The notes under the pieces: model-generated
Seen by the model: only the letters and a program-made list of their open reading frames with translations
The model's database searches: none
Told to the model about the DNA's origin: nothing
Origin: Podarcis erhardii
Lineage: Eukaryota
Strand: one strand, 5' to 3'
Assembly (NCBI GenBank): GCA_964252035.1
Contig: OZ176207.1
Length of the DNA: 64,000 nt
Shown: in pieces, positions 40,190 to 51,129 of the stretch
Position numbering within the stretch: position 1 is the first letter of the stretch
Layout: every line of letters begins with the position of its first letter
Position numbers and translations under genes: made by a program

Positions 40190-40560
40190 AAGCCTACCTT
40201 ATCCCAGTTTTAAACATTTTTGTGAACCTGGTGACTTCAGAGTTGAATTACTGCAACCAAGCAACTCTATGTGGGGCTTCCTTTGTGCTTAACCCAGAAA
40301 CTGCTGTTAGTGCATACAGCAGCAGTTCACTTGGTGACAGGCATGAGAATCTGTGAGCATGCAACACCCCTGCTCAGAGATCTGCAGTGGTTGTCCTTTT
40401 CTTACCTGGCCAAGTATATAAAGCCCTTAATGGCTAGGGAGCAGTTCAGTTGCGTGATCACCTTAACCCAAATGTGCCCACTCAACCACTTTGATATGTG
40501 GAACTGGTGCCATTACAGGTGCCACATAATACTAGTTCCACAGCTGTAAGAAACTTTGGA
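40190..40560 (+). mobile_element. L2-type LINE fragment
   Basis: LVTSELNYCN.....GLP and TPLLRDLQWL motifs. Confidence 0.6.
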
Positions 40561-40834
40561 CACTTTGGAATTCCCTGCTTATTGACATCAGACAAAACAT
40601 TGAGCTGTACCCACTGACATGCAGGACACCCCACCAAGCACAGTGATACATTTGTAAAGTGGAAACAGCATGGTGTGCAATCAATGGTTCAAATCAATTT
40701 TTATTTTATTTTATTTATTTTTTGAATTTATATACTGCCCTATACCCGGAGGTCTCAAGGCAGTTCACAGAAAACTAGGCAAGCTATGGTTTGGGTATGA
40801 GGTCTGAAATCAGCCAGATAACTTTTAACTGTAC

Positions 40835-40964
40835 CTGCTGGAAGCTGGCTAGACTGGATCAAAGTGTTTAATGGCATTTTTTCACCTGATTTGTTCACAG
40901 CATGGAGTGAAGCCTGTTCGAGTGTGACCTTTTTCAAGATACTTCCTGAAGGCTGCTGGACTAT
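40835..40964 (-). CDS. TAF4B: TAF4B exon 8 (IVQQPSGSILKKV...LNTLIQSSQLPA-G)
   Basis: Acceptor acttttccag|ATA, donor G|GTACAG. 130 nt, phase 0 to 1. Similar to human VVQQPSGG...PVNTIIPTSQFPP. Confidence 0.88.
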
Positions 40965-42211
40965 CTGGAAAAGTTACACATAAAAGTACTCAGCACACAT
41001 TGCAAACCTAAACAGTCACAATATTAGATCAAGTTAGTCATGCACATGAAAGTGCAACACTTGGATCAGGGCTGACCAAGTCATCCAAGATCAAGCTTGT
41101 AAATGACATTAGGATGTCAAATGGCTTTAAGAAGTCTGACTACACTCCCCCTCTTCCAGCAATAATGGGTACAATCATATTGGCAGGACACATGCTTTGT
41201 GAGCATTCCAATATAAACTTATTTGCACACTTAAAGGACACCGATAGAACCACTGCTCAGTGTTCTCCCTTCTATCAGAGGCGCCAAAGTTTGCAATATG
41301 GAACAGGCCCTTCCCAGTGGCACCAATGAGATTATGAAACTTTCTCCCCCTGGTCTTTCCTGTTTAGGACAGCTGGAATTTGCTTCAGAAGGGATTTGTG
41401 GATCTGGTGAATTTATGAACTTGTGTCAAACCGCTGGTGCTCCTCTTCAATTTTTTTACTGTTTTATTGGCTGTTTGATGTTGGTTTAAACACATGAAAC
41501 TGCTTTGGGGATAATGTCAAAAAGCAGGATGAAATTATCTTAAATAAATCTGTTTGATCATAAAATGAGATCAAAGCTACCTACTGCTACGACTCAAAAG
41601 GGCAAATATCAGAAGCCATTTTGCCATGGCTCACAGTTAAAGACATTATGTACCCCCAATGTTTTACAAGACTAAAAGTGCCTTCTAACCTCTCCTGCTC
41701 CCACATATTCAACAGCTTTCCAGAATACTAACAAGTTTGATGTGGGGGTTCTGTGGTGAATTTTGAATGGTGTGAACTTTATGCCAAAAGCAGGAGATGC
41801 TTAACCCCACCCCAAACATGAAAAATCAGGGTAAAACTGTTCCATTTCCATGGGATGTAATTAGAATCTTCCCAGTGACATGAACCTCTAGAAATAAGAA
41901 CTAGATGGGCATTTTAAAACTGCCAAGCGAAACATTGATGTTTTCTTCAACTTTGGCTCTCCAGCTGGACTACAGATCCCATCATCTGCTGTCACTTAGC
42001 CCTAACTCTCAGGAATTATTAAAGTTGCTGTTCTACAGCGTCTAAGGATCCCAAGGATGAAGAGCACCAATTCTAGAGACAGAACAGTCCAGAAAACGTT
42101 ATAGATCAGACAGAAAAAAACACCCCTGTCCTTAAGAGGCCGTATCTGATACCTAATAATGGAGCTCTTCCCACACTGTGTATGTACAATTTGCAGCACT
42201 GCAAATTTAAT

Positions 42212-42535
42212 AACCTAAGAAAAGTCTGCTGGATCAGGCCAATGGCCCATCTTGTGTAATATCCTGTTCTTGCAGTAGCCAAGAAGCAGATGCCTGTGGG
42301 AAATGCACAAGGAGGACCTGAGCACTCTCCTCTCCTGCAGTTTCTAGCACACTGCTTCCAACCGTGGAGGCACAACACAGCCATCACAGTTAGTAGCCAC
42401 TGGTAGCCACTGAATTTGCCTGAACCTCCTTTAAAGACATCCAAGATGGCAGCCATCACTGCCTCCCACGGGAGCAAGTACCATAGCTTAACTATGTGCT
42501 GCATGAAGTAGTGCTTTCTTTTATTTGTCTGTGAA
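42212..42535 (-). mobile_element. Degenerate CR1-type LINE 3' fragment
   Basis: Translation RKHYFMQHIVKLWYLLP..V.AAILDVFKGG resembles the CR1 ORF2 C-terminus, followed by 3' UTR-like sequence. Confidence 0.6.
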
Positions 42536-43288
42536 AGGTTTCCTGCTCTCCTTATCAAACAGAAAATAACTGCACGGTAACTTTAACATCTCTTTCAGTT
42601 GGTAGATCAGGGAGAAAAGGGATGTCCAACAACAGTACCTATGGTGACTTCAAATGAGACAGACTTAGCAGTGGGGAGCTGAGTCAACCATCACCATTTA
42701 ACATTTGTACAGCCCTTGAACATTCAAAGTATGTAACATAGTCTTTAATCCGTACAATAACCCAGTAAAGTAGACCACATCCCCCCCCCCCAATCTGTAT
42801 TATGGGAATGAGGCCAAGATATAATGGTCTGTCTACGGTGAAGTACACAGAATGGGTGAACTGTGCAAACACACACGCAGTTCAAGTATTCATGCTCAGT
42901 AAAGTTCTGGTATTGGAATGCTTAGTTTACATTGTCAAATACCTAGAAAGCTGCTCTGTTTAGTATCTGCCAGAGTTTTATTCATGGAGATGGGTGCTAA
43001 ACATTCCTGATTCTTTGAGTGGACTACTATCAGACAGATATATTCCTCAATGTTGCTTAGTACTCACATATCTCCATACTGCCCCTTTCCTCGTATATTA
43101 TTAACCTTTTACAATGGACATCTCAGGTGTCAAGTTATGCAAGGTACATAAGGGGCAAATGAACAAGTGCCATTTTAATTATATGCTGATAAACTGCCTT
43201 TGAATTGCTGGCTCGGCTGAACTGCTAAGGTTAGAAAACTTCAGAGCTTTACAGATCAAGAGCAAGATAAACTTATCAGCTACTTTAC

Positions 43289-43942
43289 CTTTACAGCCTG
43301 TGTCTGAGCTGAATGGGAAAGGACAGAACTGGGATGGACAACTTTGATCGTGATTGGTTTCCCAGCAACTGGCATTATGGATTGGAGAGACGCGGTCACT
43401 GCTGTTGTAGCAGCTGGTGCAGCAGTAGTCAAGGTTGGCTTCAGAGCTTGTAGAGATGTTGGTGCAGCAGAAGATGGTGGCTTTACAGAACTAGGAGCAG
43501 TAAATGCAGGTGATGACGACATTACAGGGGTATGGACTGGCTTCACAACCTGGAGAGAAGTGGTACCAGTTGCCACCATTGCAGTGGAGAAGACTGGATG
43601 TACAGCTCTCACAGTAGTTGGTTTAGTGGAGGGAACGGGACTGGCACCTTGAAGGGAGAGTGTCCCTGACAAAACAGGCGTGGTCTGAACAAGCTGAAGA
43701 GAACCAGATCCTCTTGTCACTCCTGATGTACAGAGGACTGGGCCTGAAGTCTGTTGGGAGGGTATCCCCGTCGGAATTTTAAGAGAGGTCACAGTCACAG
43801 GAGTGCTGGCAGCAGGTACCGAAGAAGCGGATGATGCTGTGCTACAAATAGGAGGAGCTGTTTGTGGTCCTGATTGTTGAAGACACTGCCGTATAAAGGC
43901 CTGCGCGTCAGGCATTAATTGCCGTAAGGCAAGCATACTTTT
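43289..43942 (-). CDS. TAF4B: TAF4B exon 7 (KSMLALRQLMPDAQAFIRQCLQQ...QTQAVK), long S/T/P/A-rich exon
   Basis: ORF track 43280..43936. Acceptor ccttgcgtag|AAA, donor AAG|GTAAAG. 654 nt. The N-terminus completes TAFH. Confidence 0.93.
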
Positions 43943-44583
43943 CTACGCAAGGAAGAAAGCAATAGAAAAAAATTAAGATCCTGCATTTTCCTTCCACCAG
44001 TGACACCGCACTGTGTCTCATTGAATAGTATCAATGTCTCTGCTAAAACATTAAAAAGACAACTAGCAGACCAGCTAAACAATACAAATTATCACATCTG
44101 ATCTTCAAGGAAGATTCCTAAAGTTCAGGCTGTTTGCCTTTGCAATCATTAACAAATCTGCACTTTGAGAGGAGACTTAAGCACACTGGACAACATCCCA
44201 GACACATTTATGAAGCTGGTCCTGAAGTCCTGCTCTTGTTGCATGTGTGAGAGCCACAAGAACCTGAATGGGCAGGAAGTTTCCCCTGAATGGATAGAAT
44301 TTACCGAAATTGTACATGCAGGTTTGTGCCAGCTAGCCTCACACTACATGGTCTGATATCACAGATTTGGGGAGTCCCAATTCTCATCACAACACCATGG
44401 AGGCATGGACAGAATTTCACTGGAGAGGCTCATTTTCCCACACCAACCACTTCATGCTGAGTCCCAGTGTGTTTTGCTTTACAAATTAATTCTCCTGACA
44501 TTTCAAAACAACCTTTCACCCAGCCATCAAGGACCATCACCACTTTGATACTTAAAATGGGGACCAAATTCATTTAAACATAC

Positions 44584-44673
44584 CTTGAGAAAAGGGAGAA
44601 GATAGGGCTGAGGGGAAGACTTTAGCTCAATGTATAGTTTTCTAGTAAATTCTTCAGGTTCCATTTTGGCTTC
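44584..44673 (-). CDS. TAF4B: TAF4B exon 6, TAFH (EAKMEPEEFTRKLYIELKSSPQPYLLPFLK)
   Basis: TAFH motif ELKSSPQP.L.PFLK. Acceptor cctatctag|GAA, donor AAG|GTATGT. 90 nt. Confidence 0.96.
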
Positions 44674-45627
44674 CTAGATAGGAAAGGAAATGGTTGCACA
44701 AATGTAATGTGTCGTTTCTCCAGATGTGCCTAAACTGAACCCACCAATTCACTCACTTTCTTGTATTAACAATTTCATACGCTGAATATTCTAGTCAACA
44801 ATTAAATTGAAGAAAGTGTACAGTATCAGCAGGCTCCCAAAAGGAATCTAAGATTAATTCTTCACTGGTTAAGAACCAGCAACTGCGAACAATAAGTTAG
44901 ATTTCTAAGTTGTTACTAGAAACTTGGAAATGTACCAAGGCGGTAAAAAAAATTGTGCAATATTTCTGCCACATGACTAGAGAGACAGACTGCAGAGAGT
45001 CAAATTTCTCCTAGTTTGTATCCAGAAGCAGGTAAAATAAAACAAAACCCTTCCTATTTGTTTAGCTTCTCTTTCCTGTTTCCCACCTGTATTTGCAGCA
45101 TGTGTTACTATAACAGGCAGTATTTAACTTGCCTATTCTGAACATGCTCAGGAAAAGCAAAAACAGCTACAGAAGTATTGCCATATCATACACTCTACAC
45201 CAGTCACTCTGTGAAAAAGAATGGGATCAGCTTCTGGCAATTATGACACTCCAACATTAAGGCACATGCATATCTAAACATGGTATAGAAAAACTTATTG
45301 GGGGGAAAGGAGTCTTTCATTGTTTGAGAGGTCTGCAAGAGTGCCTCACATGATGTGCCTGAGAATCCTGCCTCTCTCTGAATGTTGTCCCAGTACTCAG
45401 GCTAGAACTGAAACATTGGCCTGCAGCCAGGCTGCCTGATGACTGGGATCCTTGCCTTATGCCATGCCCCACTGTGCACCGTAGCCAATGATGTTGTGGC
45501 CTCTAGTATGCCCCCATGTAATTAATCCATCCCGTACTTCACACCCTTATTTCCTGTGTGCACACAAATCACTTCTGAGTAAATACATTTAGGATCAGGG
45601 CACAAATACTTGCAGATGAACTTTTAC

Positions 45628-45750
45628 CAACAGACTTTGTACCAGGTTCTTCACATTCTGCCCCATTTCAGGTGCTTGAGGCCCACTGGATGCCAGTTTT
45701 ATTAGTGTTGCTAGGAAATTTTTGCACTTTTCCACATTTTCCAGCATTTC
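45628..45750 (-). CDS. TAF4B: TAF4B exon 5, TAFH domain start (EMLENVEKCKNFLATLIKLASSGPQAPEMGQNVKNLVQSLL)
   Basis: Classic TAFH/NHR1 sequence. Acceptor ttcctatcag|GAA, donor TTG|GTAAAA. 123 nt. Confidence 0.95.
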
Positions 45751-45838
45751 CTGATAGGAAGCCAAAAGAGTAAATTAACTTCTGTTCAGTTCTGAAATAC
45801 TGGGAAAGGTAAGCAATCTTAGACTACTTTGCACTAAC

Positions 45839-46006
45839 TTTAGAGGTGCTGACCTGTGCTACTGTCCTACTTTCCGTGTCAGAGACCGGCTTCGTAGCAA
45901 GAGAGAGCACAGAAGAATCAGAAATAGGAGGCTTTGCCACTGGTCCGGTAACCAAAGACTTTGCAGCCACAACTGTGGTGCTGCTATTATTTGTTGATGC
46001 TATTGA
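45839..46006 (-). CDS. TAF4B: TAF4B exon 4 (SIASTNNSSTTVV...QVSTSK)
   Basis: Acceptor tttcttccag|TCA, donor AAA|GTTAGT. 168 nt, Ser/Thr-rich, followed by an 88-nt intron. Confidence 0.8.
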
Positions 46007-46676
46007 CTGGAAGAAATTAAACATTTAAGAAATTAAACATTTAAATTAAACATTCAATTCTGACAGGAAAAAGCAAAACTAAAGCTGCTACATTAATATT
46101 AGTATCAGGAAGGCACCTTTGTTCTACTGGTGTTGGTGCCTACTACCCTCCAACACAACTTTCCATTAATGTCTCCCATTCACACTTTTAGGAGAAAGCA
46201 AACAGCTACACATAACATAATGCATGCAGATTAGCTCATGTGAACCTACATTTAGATTTAGCAATAACGATTTTGTCTGACAGATAGTAATCCTAACAAC
46301 CATGCACATTTCCATCAACCACCAGGAGCTGAGAATGACCATCACTGAAGACAGCTCATAAAGCATTATGTTTAGAGGTAGACTCCTTTATTGCAGTCAG
46401 ATTCAGGCATTAGACACTACCATAGGCTGGAGAATATGGATGACTAACCCAACCCATATGGCAACTTGAATGAGGCAGATGACCAGGGAGGGGGTTAGTT
46501 TTCCTGTTCCTCAGTATGTTTTGAGTTCCATTGGCAAGTGCACCATTGGGTACATGTAAAATAATAATAATAATAATACACACAACATGATTTATAAAGC
46601 CACCTGGCCATTTATTAGATTTGTGACTCAGTGGGCTAAAAGGTTTAAGTGCCAGAAAATAACAAGGAAGTCATAC

Positions 46677-46781
46677 CTGGATTACAGCAGGCTTCTTAAC
46701 ATTAGAATTAACAGAAGGAGTTGTCCAAGTCACTGTTGTATGAGGAGCAGCTGATACTTTCAGTACTTGAGTTCCAGAATT
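46677..46781 (-). CDS. TAF4B: TAF4B exon 3 (NSGTQVLKVSAAPH...KKPAVIQ)
   Basis: Acceptor tctttctgaaag|AAT, donor CAG|GTATGA. 105 nt, open, phase 0-0. Positionally equivalent to the human NSSSQLIKKV...SVQ exon. Confidence 0.8.
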
Positions 46782-47371
46782 CTTTCAGAAAGATAATAGA
46801 ATATATATTGTTAGGTAAAAGCCTCAAAAGGAAATATCGGGTAAGCAGCCAAGCACCATTTCCTTCTAACTGGACACATCAGTGTTATTTGTCCCAACTG
46901 CAAATATGCTGGGCAAAAGTCTTTTCTGAACAGGAAGATGCAAATGATGCAGAAGAGGATCCAGTAGCACGCCAAGTAGATAAGGCTTCTTTCTATGGAT
47001 AGGCAGAAATGCTATGACTTAAGAAGCATTTCAGGCTATGACTGTTCAAGTGTTTTTATTTCTAAGTATTGAAATTTTTCCATCCATGTAGTAACAGTGA
47101 TAGCTGGTATGAGCAAGTTGAATGCAGAGGAAAGAACAGAAAATCACTGTACTATATAGGCAATTAAGGCTTAACATTTTAAAGTTGTTTAAGCTCCTAC
47201 GTACGGGCAAGTGGTGCCAGCAGAAAATGGAAATGATTCCTGCATCTAGACTAGATTCACTTCACTGCTGCACCCACATCCCTGAGAGTGACATACATTG
47301 GCCCAAGTCCTGTGAAAAGCTATAGTAGCAGAAGAAATACACAACAAAACTGCTATTACAGAGGTATTTAC

Positions 47372-47520
47372 CTGTACAGTCTGTATTTTGACTGTAGGTG
47401 CATTTGCAGGCAATGATTGTCGTACAATTGAGTTCTTTTGGGATTGGCTTTGAACTTGAGCAAGTGCTTGTTGGGACAGCAGCATCAGCTGTCCAGTGTT
47501 GCTTCTGACAAGAACCGTTC
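47372..47520 (-). CDS. TAF4B: TAF4B exon 2 (GTVLVRSNTGQLMLLSQQ...VKIQTVQ)
   Basis: Acceptor ttcctgcag|GA, donor CAG|GTAAAT. 149 nt, phase 1 to 0. Resembles TAF4/TAF4B GTVLIKSNSG.LMLVS. Confidence 0.92.
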
Positions 47521-47656
47521 CTGCAGGAAAGAAGATACTATCAGATCCTTCCACTGCACAGTCTTAAGAGCAAGTACATAAATCTGAGTTTGTATAATCC
47601 AAACTTTTAAGCAAGAAATCGACAGCATAAACAGTACATGAATTATGCAATATTAC

Positions 47657-47698
47657 ACTGCACATTTCCCTTCTATAGTACTGCACATTTCCCTTCTA
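47657..47698 (+). repeat. Tandem duplication, 23-bp period (actgcacatttcccttcta x2)
   Basis: Direct read. Confidence 0.9.
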
Positions 47699-48494
47699 GG
47701 TTCCTCTGTTTAAACAGCAGACTACTACATTCCTGCTGTGCTCCAGTTAGTGTTATGACAGACGTAGCTTTTTGTTTGGCCTTTTAAAAATCCATCAAAC
47801 ATATTTAAGAATAAATTCTGAATTGGTCTAGTTTAGTCATGCATCTCTGCTCTCACAGCTTGCAATATAGAGATGTTAAGAAAATGCCACACCGCAATGT
47901 TAGTCCTGCAATGGCTTCTGTATTAAATATTTTTAAATTACACATATTTATAACCCTCCCCCTTTCACTCAGGGGTCTGAGGGCAGGGTACAAACACTTA
48001 AAAATCACGAATATATAAAATCAACACAAAACAATCATGAACAAAATCAAACGGCAACAACAACAAAATGAAAATGCAGCCAGGAGAAACAAGCCAAATT
48101 GCACCTCAGACCCAGCCCCAAAGGCCTGGACAAAGGTGTGTTTTCACCTGCCTTTGAAAAGACCATGATGCACCCAAGGGGAGGTCCTGCCTTACTTAAA
48201 AAGTAATTATCATAGTCCTGATAGACAATGCTGTGTGACTGCACACTTCTGAGACCACCTATGTGTTTCTTTTTAGGCAAGAAATCTCATGCTTGATATT
48301 CTTCACCAGACAAGGTTCATTCTAAAAAAAAAAAAAAAAAAGGTGAGGCCTTCTTTTGCTCAAATCAGGAATTTTTAATTAGATATACAACTCTAGAATC
48401 TAACATTTTAATACCAATTTTAAGGCACTTATCCACGTTTATGATATTAAAGTAGTAAGGGGAAGTCTGCCTCATAGGCACACACCCCTCCCAA

Positions 48495-48738
48495 GAGAGC
48501 CAGCATGGTGTAGTGGTTAAGAGCGGTAGACCCGTAATCTGGTGAACCGGGTTTGCGTCTCTGCTCCTCCACATGCAGCTGCTGGGTGACCTTGGGCTAG
48601 TCACACTTCTCTGATGTCTCTCAGTCCCACTCACCTCACAGAGTGTTGTGGGGGAGGAAAGGAAAGGAGAATGTTAGCCGCTTTGAGACTCCTTCAGGTA
48701 GTGATAAAGCGGGATATCAAATCCAAACTCTTCTTCTT
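48495..48738 (+). mobile_element. tRNA-derived squamate SINE of a different family (Squam3-like)
   Basis: gagagccagcatggtgtagtggttaagagc A box, gaaccgggttt B-box region, (tct)n tail. The family name is from memory. Confidence 0.8.
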
Positions 48739-49650
48739 AATCCTACTTCCACAAACTATTCACCGCTGGAACAGGGGCATGTTGCCAACACAGGATTTAA
48801 CCCAGCCCTAGTGCCCATTAGCTGATATCACAAATCCCACATTTGGGGGAAATGGCCTTGCAGGCCAAGATTGTCCTATGGGCCAAAAGTTCCCCATCCC
48901 TGCTAAATATACTTTTTAATAAGGCTTCCAACTTATCCTTAAAAGGGCCAAGAAACCATGCAGAAATGTATGTTCCTCTTTTCCACATAGGGGCGGTGGA
49001 CGTTTAAAGTTACAATAATTTCAGGCGTAATCACTGGGTACTTGTTAAATCCTCTAAATGGTAGGTGCCGTTAGAGAACAAGAACTTAGAGAGCTGAAAG
49101 TGCTGCTCTATTGTCCCCTCTAACCAAGGCTGCTTCAAAACCAACATAAAACCTTGTGAAGCTTGTTTGTTTCTAAAGAGAGTGGTATGGCTGTCTATTA
49201 CAACACTATCAAGTGATTCTTCTTTCAAAACCCCCATTTTCGTTTCTCCCTAGGGAGAAACAACCATCTCAAAGCTCTTGACACCCCCACCAACACTTCC
49301 CTCAGCTACTCTGCAAGTAGCAAGTCAAGAGCCTAACAAAGGCCAGCGTTTGATATCTTCTCTCAGCTACAGACCACTGCTAGAGAAAAGGTTTAATTGG
49401 TATGTGTAGTTCCAAGTTGGGGGAGGAAGAAGGATCCGGGACAGCTTGGAAGGATAAACTAGGGCACAAGTAACAGAAGAGAAGGCAGAAGAAAGAAAAG
49501 AGGAGGGGGACTGGTAAACATACGGGAAAACTGTGGCTTCAGAGGAGGAAATGCTTGAAACTTAATTTATTGTTGACTTTATAGTTCACCCTTCACAGAA
49601 ACTGTATGATAAATAGCAAACATATAAAATTCATTAATAAAAAAAGAGTA

Positions 49651-50206
49651 AAAGGTAAAGGTAAAGGTACCTGTCAGGGAACTGCAGGCAGCGAGGGAGG
49701 AAAGAATTAGAGGATACAGGGAACGATCTCCACTGCTCAGTACTGAGTCCTCCTCAGAAGACAGAGAAGAGGATAGTGAGTCTGGGGAGGAAGGGGTGCT
49801 TCAGAGAGAGGGGGATCCCCGTCACAGGGAAAAATGGAAGGGGCTGAGCCATTGGTTGTGTTGGTCTCGAGGGAGAGGGAAAAGAGAAACTAGTCAGAGC
49901 AACGCCTCATCTCACTTAAGAGGCCGGGAGCCAGCGCTGTCCGCAGACACTTCCAGGTCACGTGGCCAGCGTGACAAGCTGCATCTGGCGAGCCAGCGCA
50001 GCACACGGAATGCTGTTTACCTTCCCGCTGGTAAGCGGTCCCTATTTATCTACTTGCACCCGGGGGTGCTTTCGAACTGCTAGGTTGGCAGGCGCTGGGA
50101 CCGAACGACAGGAGCGCACCCCGCCGCGGGGATTTGAACCATTTGACCATGCAATCGGCAAGTCCTAGGCGCTGAGGTTTTACCCACAGCGCCACCCACG
50201 TCCCAC
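49651..50206 (-). mobile_element. Sauria-type SINE (second subfamily) containing a truncated LTR-like insert at 49672-49902
   Basis: TSD aaaaagagta at 49641-49650 and 50207-50216. About 40 bp of the SINE (compared with the 39023 copy) is replaced by ~230 bp beginning TGTCAGGGAACTG. Confidence 0.85.
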
Positions 50207-51098
50207 AAAAAGAGTAGCAGTGTGTAAAGAGGGGTAGTAAGAAACATCCAAGTGCTTCCAACTATCAGCAACTCCCAAAGGTGTGGGTAAAGAAGTGCTG
50301 GGTACAGGAGTATAAATGAAGACAAAATTGCAAATTAGGGGTCTCATGCTCATCTGCAATTTGCAAACCTGAAACTGCAATCCTAAGCACACATGTCTAA
50401 ATAAGCTTACCATGCAGGCTGACACTTATTCATAAGTATGCATGCACAGGACCTAGCTGTAAAAAAAACCACATACGCACACACACCAAAAAATGCTTTG
50501 ACATCTCAGTACAAAATACACAATCTACATAGGGTAGCCCGGGTGCCACAAAGCTTTAGTGCCTTTGTTCTACTTTCTACCCTACATTTATTTTTCACTT
50601 GTATACATGGGCTGCATAAAAGGCCAAGAGGCACTTTTTGCATCATGTGTCCAAATGTCCTTAAGAATGAAGCACATGGCTCTGCAATAGTTATAATCCT
50701 GTCCGCTAACTGCAACATAGTTGTACAACACTGCCATCTAATGGTGCAAACACTCATCCACATTTGAACACCTGCCTGGAAAAACAGTTCCAGGGTTGAA
50801 CCGAAACAAGCGCTGTGTGTGGTGGCCTGATGTCTGTTGCCTTAGAACAGCTGCCTAGGAGGCTGGGTGCCCCTGAGCATAGAAAGGAAGGGGACAGTGC
50901 ACATCTGGAAGAATCCCAAGAACAGGTAAGCAACACATTACCAGAAGAAAACCTATTTGCTACTTCGCTCCACAGGAGGCAGTGTTTGGTAACAGCAACA
51001 AAAGTGTCACTGCGCAGGTACCCTAGCTATTGCTATCTTGCTCATCAGCTTTGAAAATCTTTCTAATAACTGCTAAGTCAACCCAGGAATTATCTGAA

Positions 51099-51129
51099 CA
51101 GAACTATATATGCAGAACTATATATGCAG
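51099..51129 (+). repeat. Tandem duplication, 14-bp unit (cagaactatatatg x2)
   Basis: Direct read. Confidence 0.9.
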
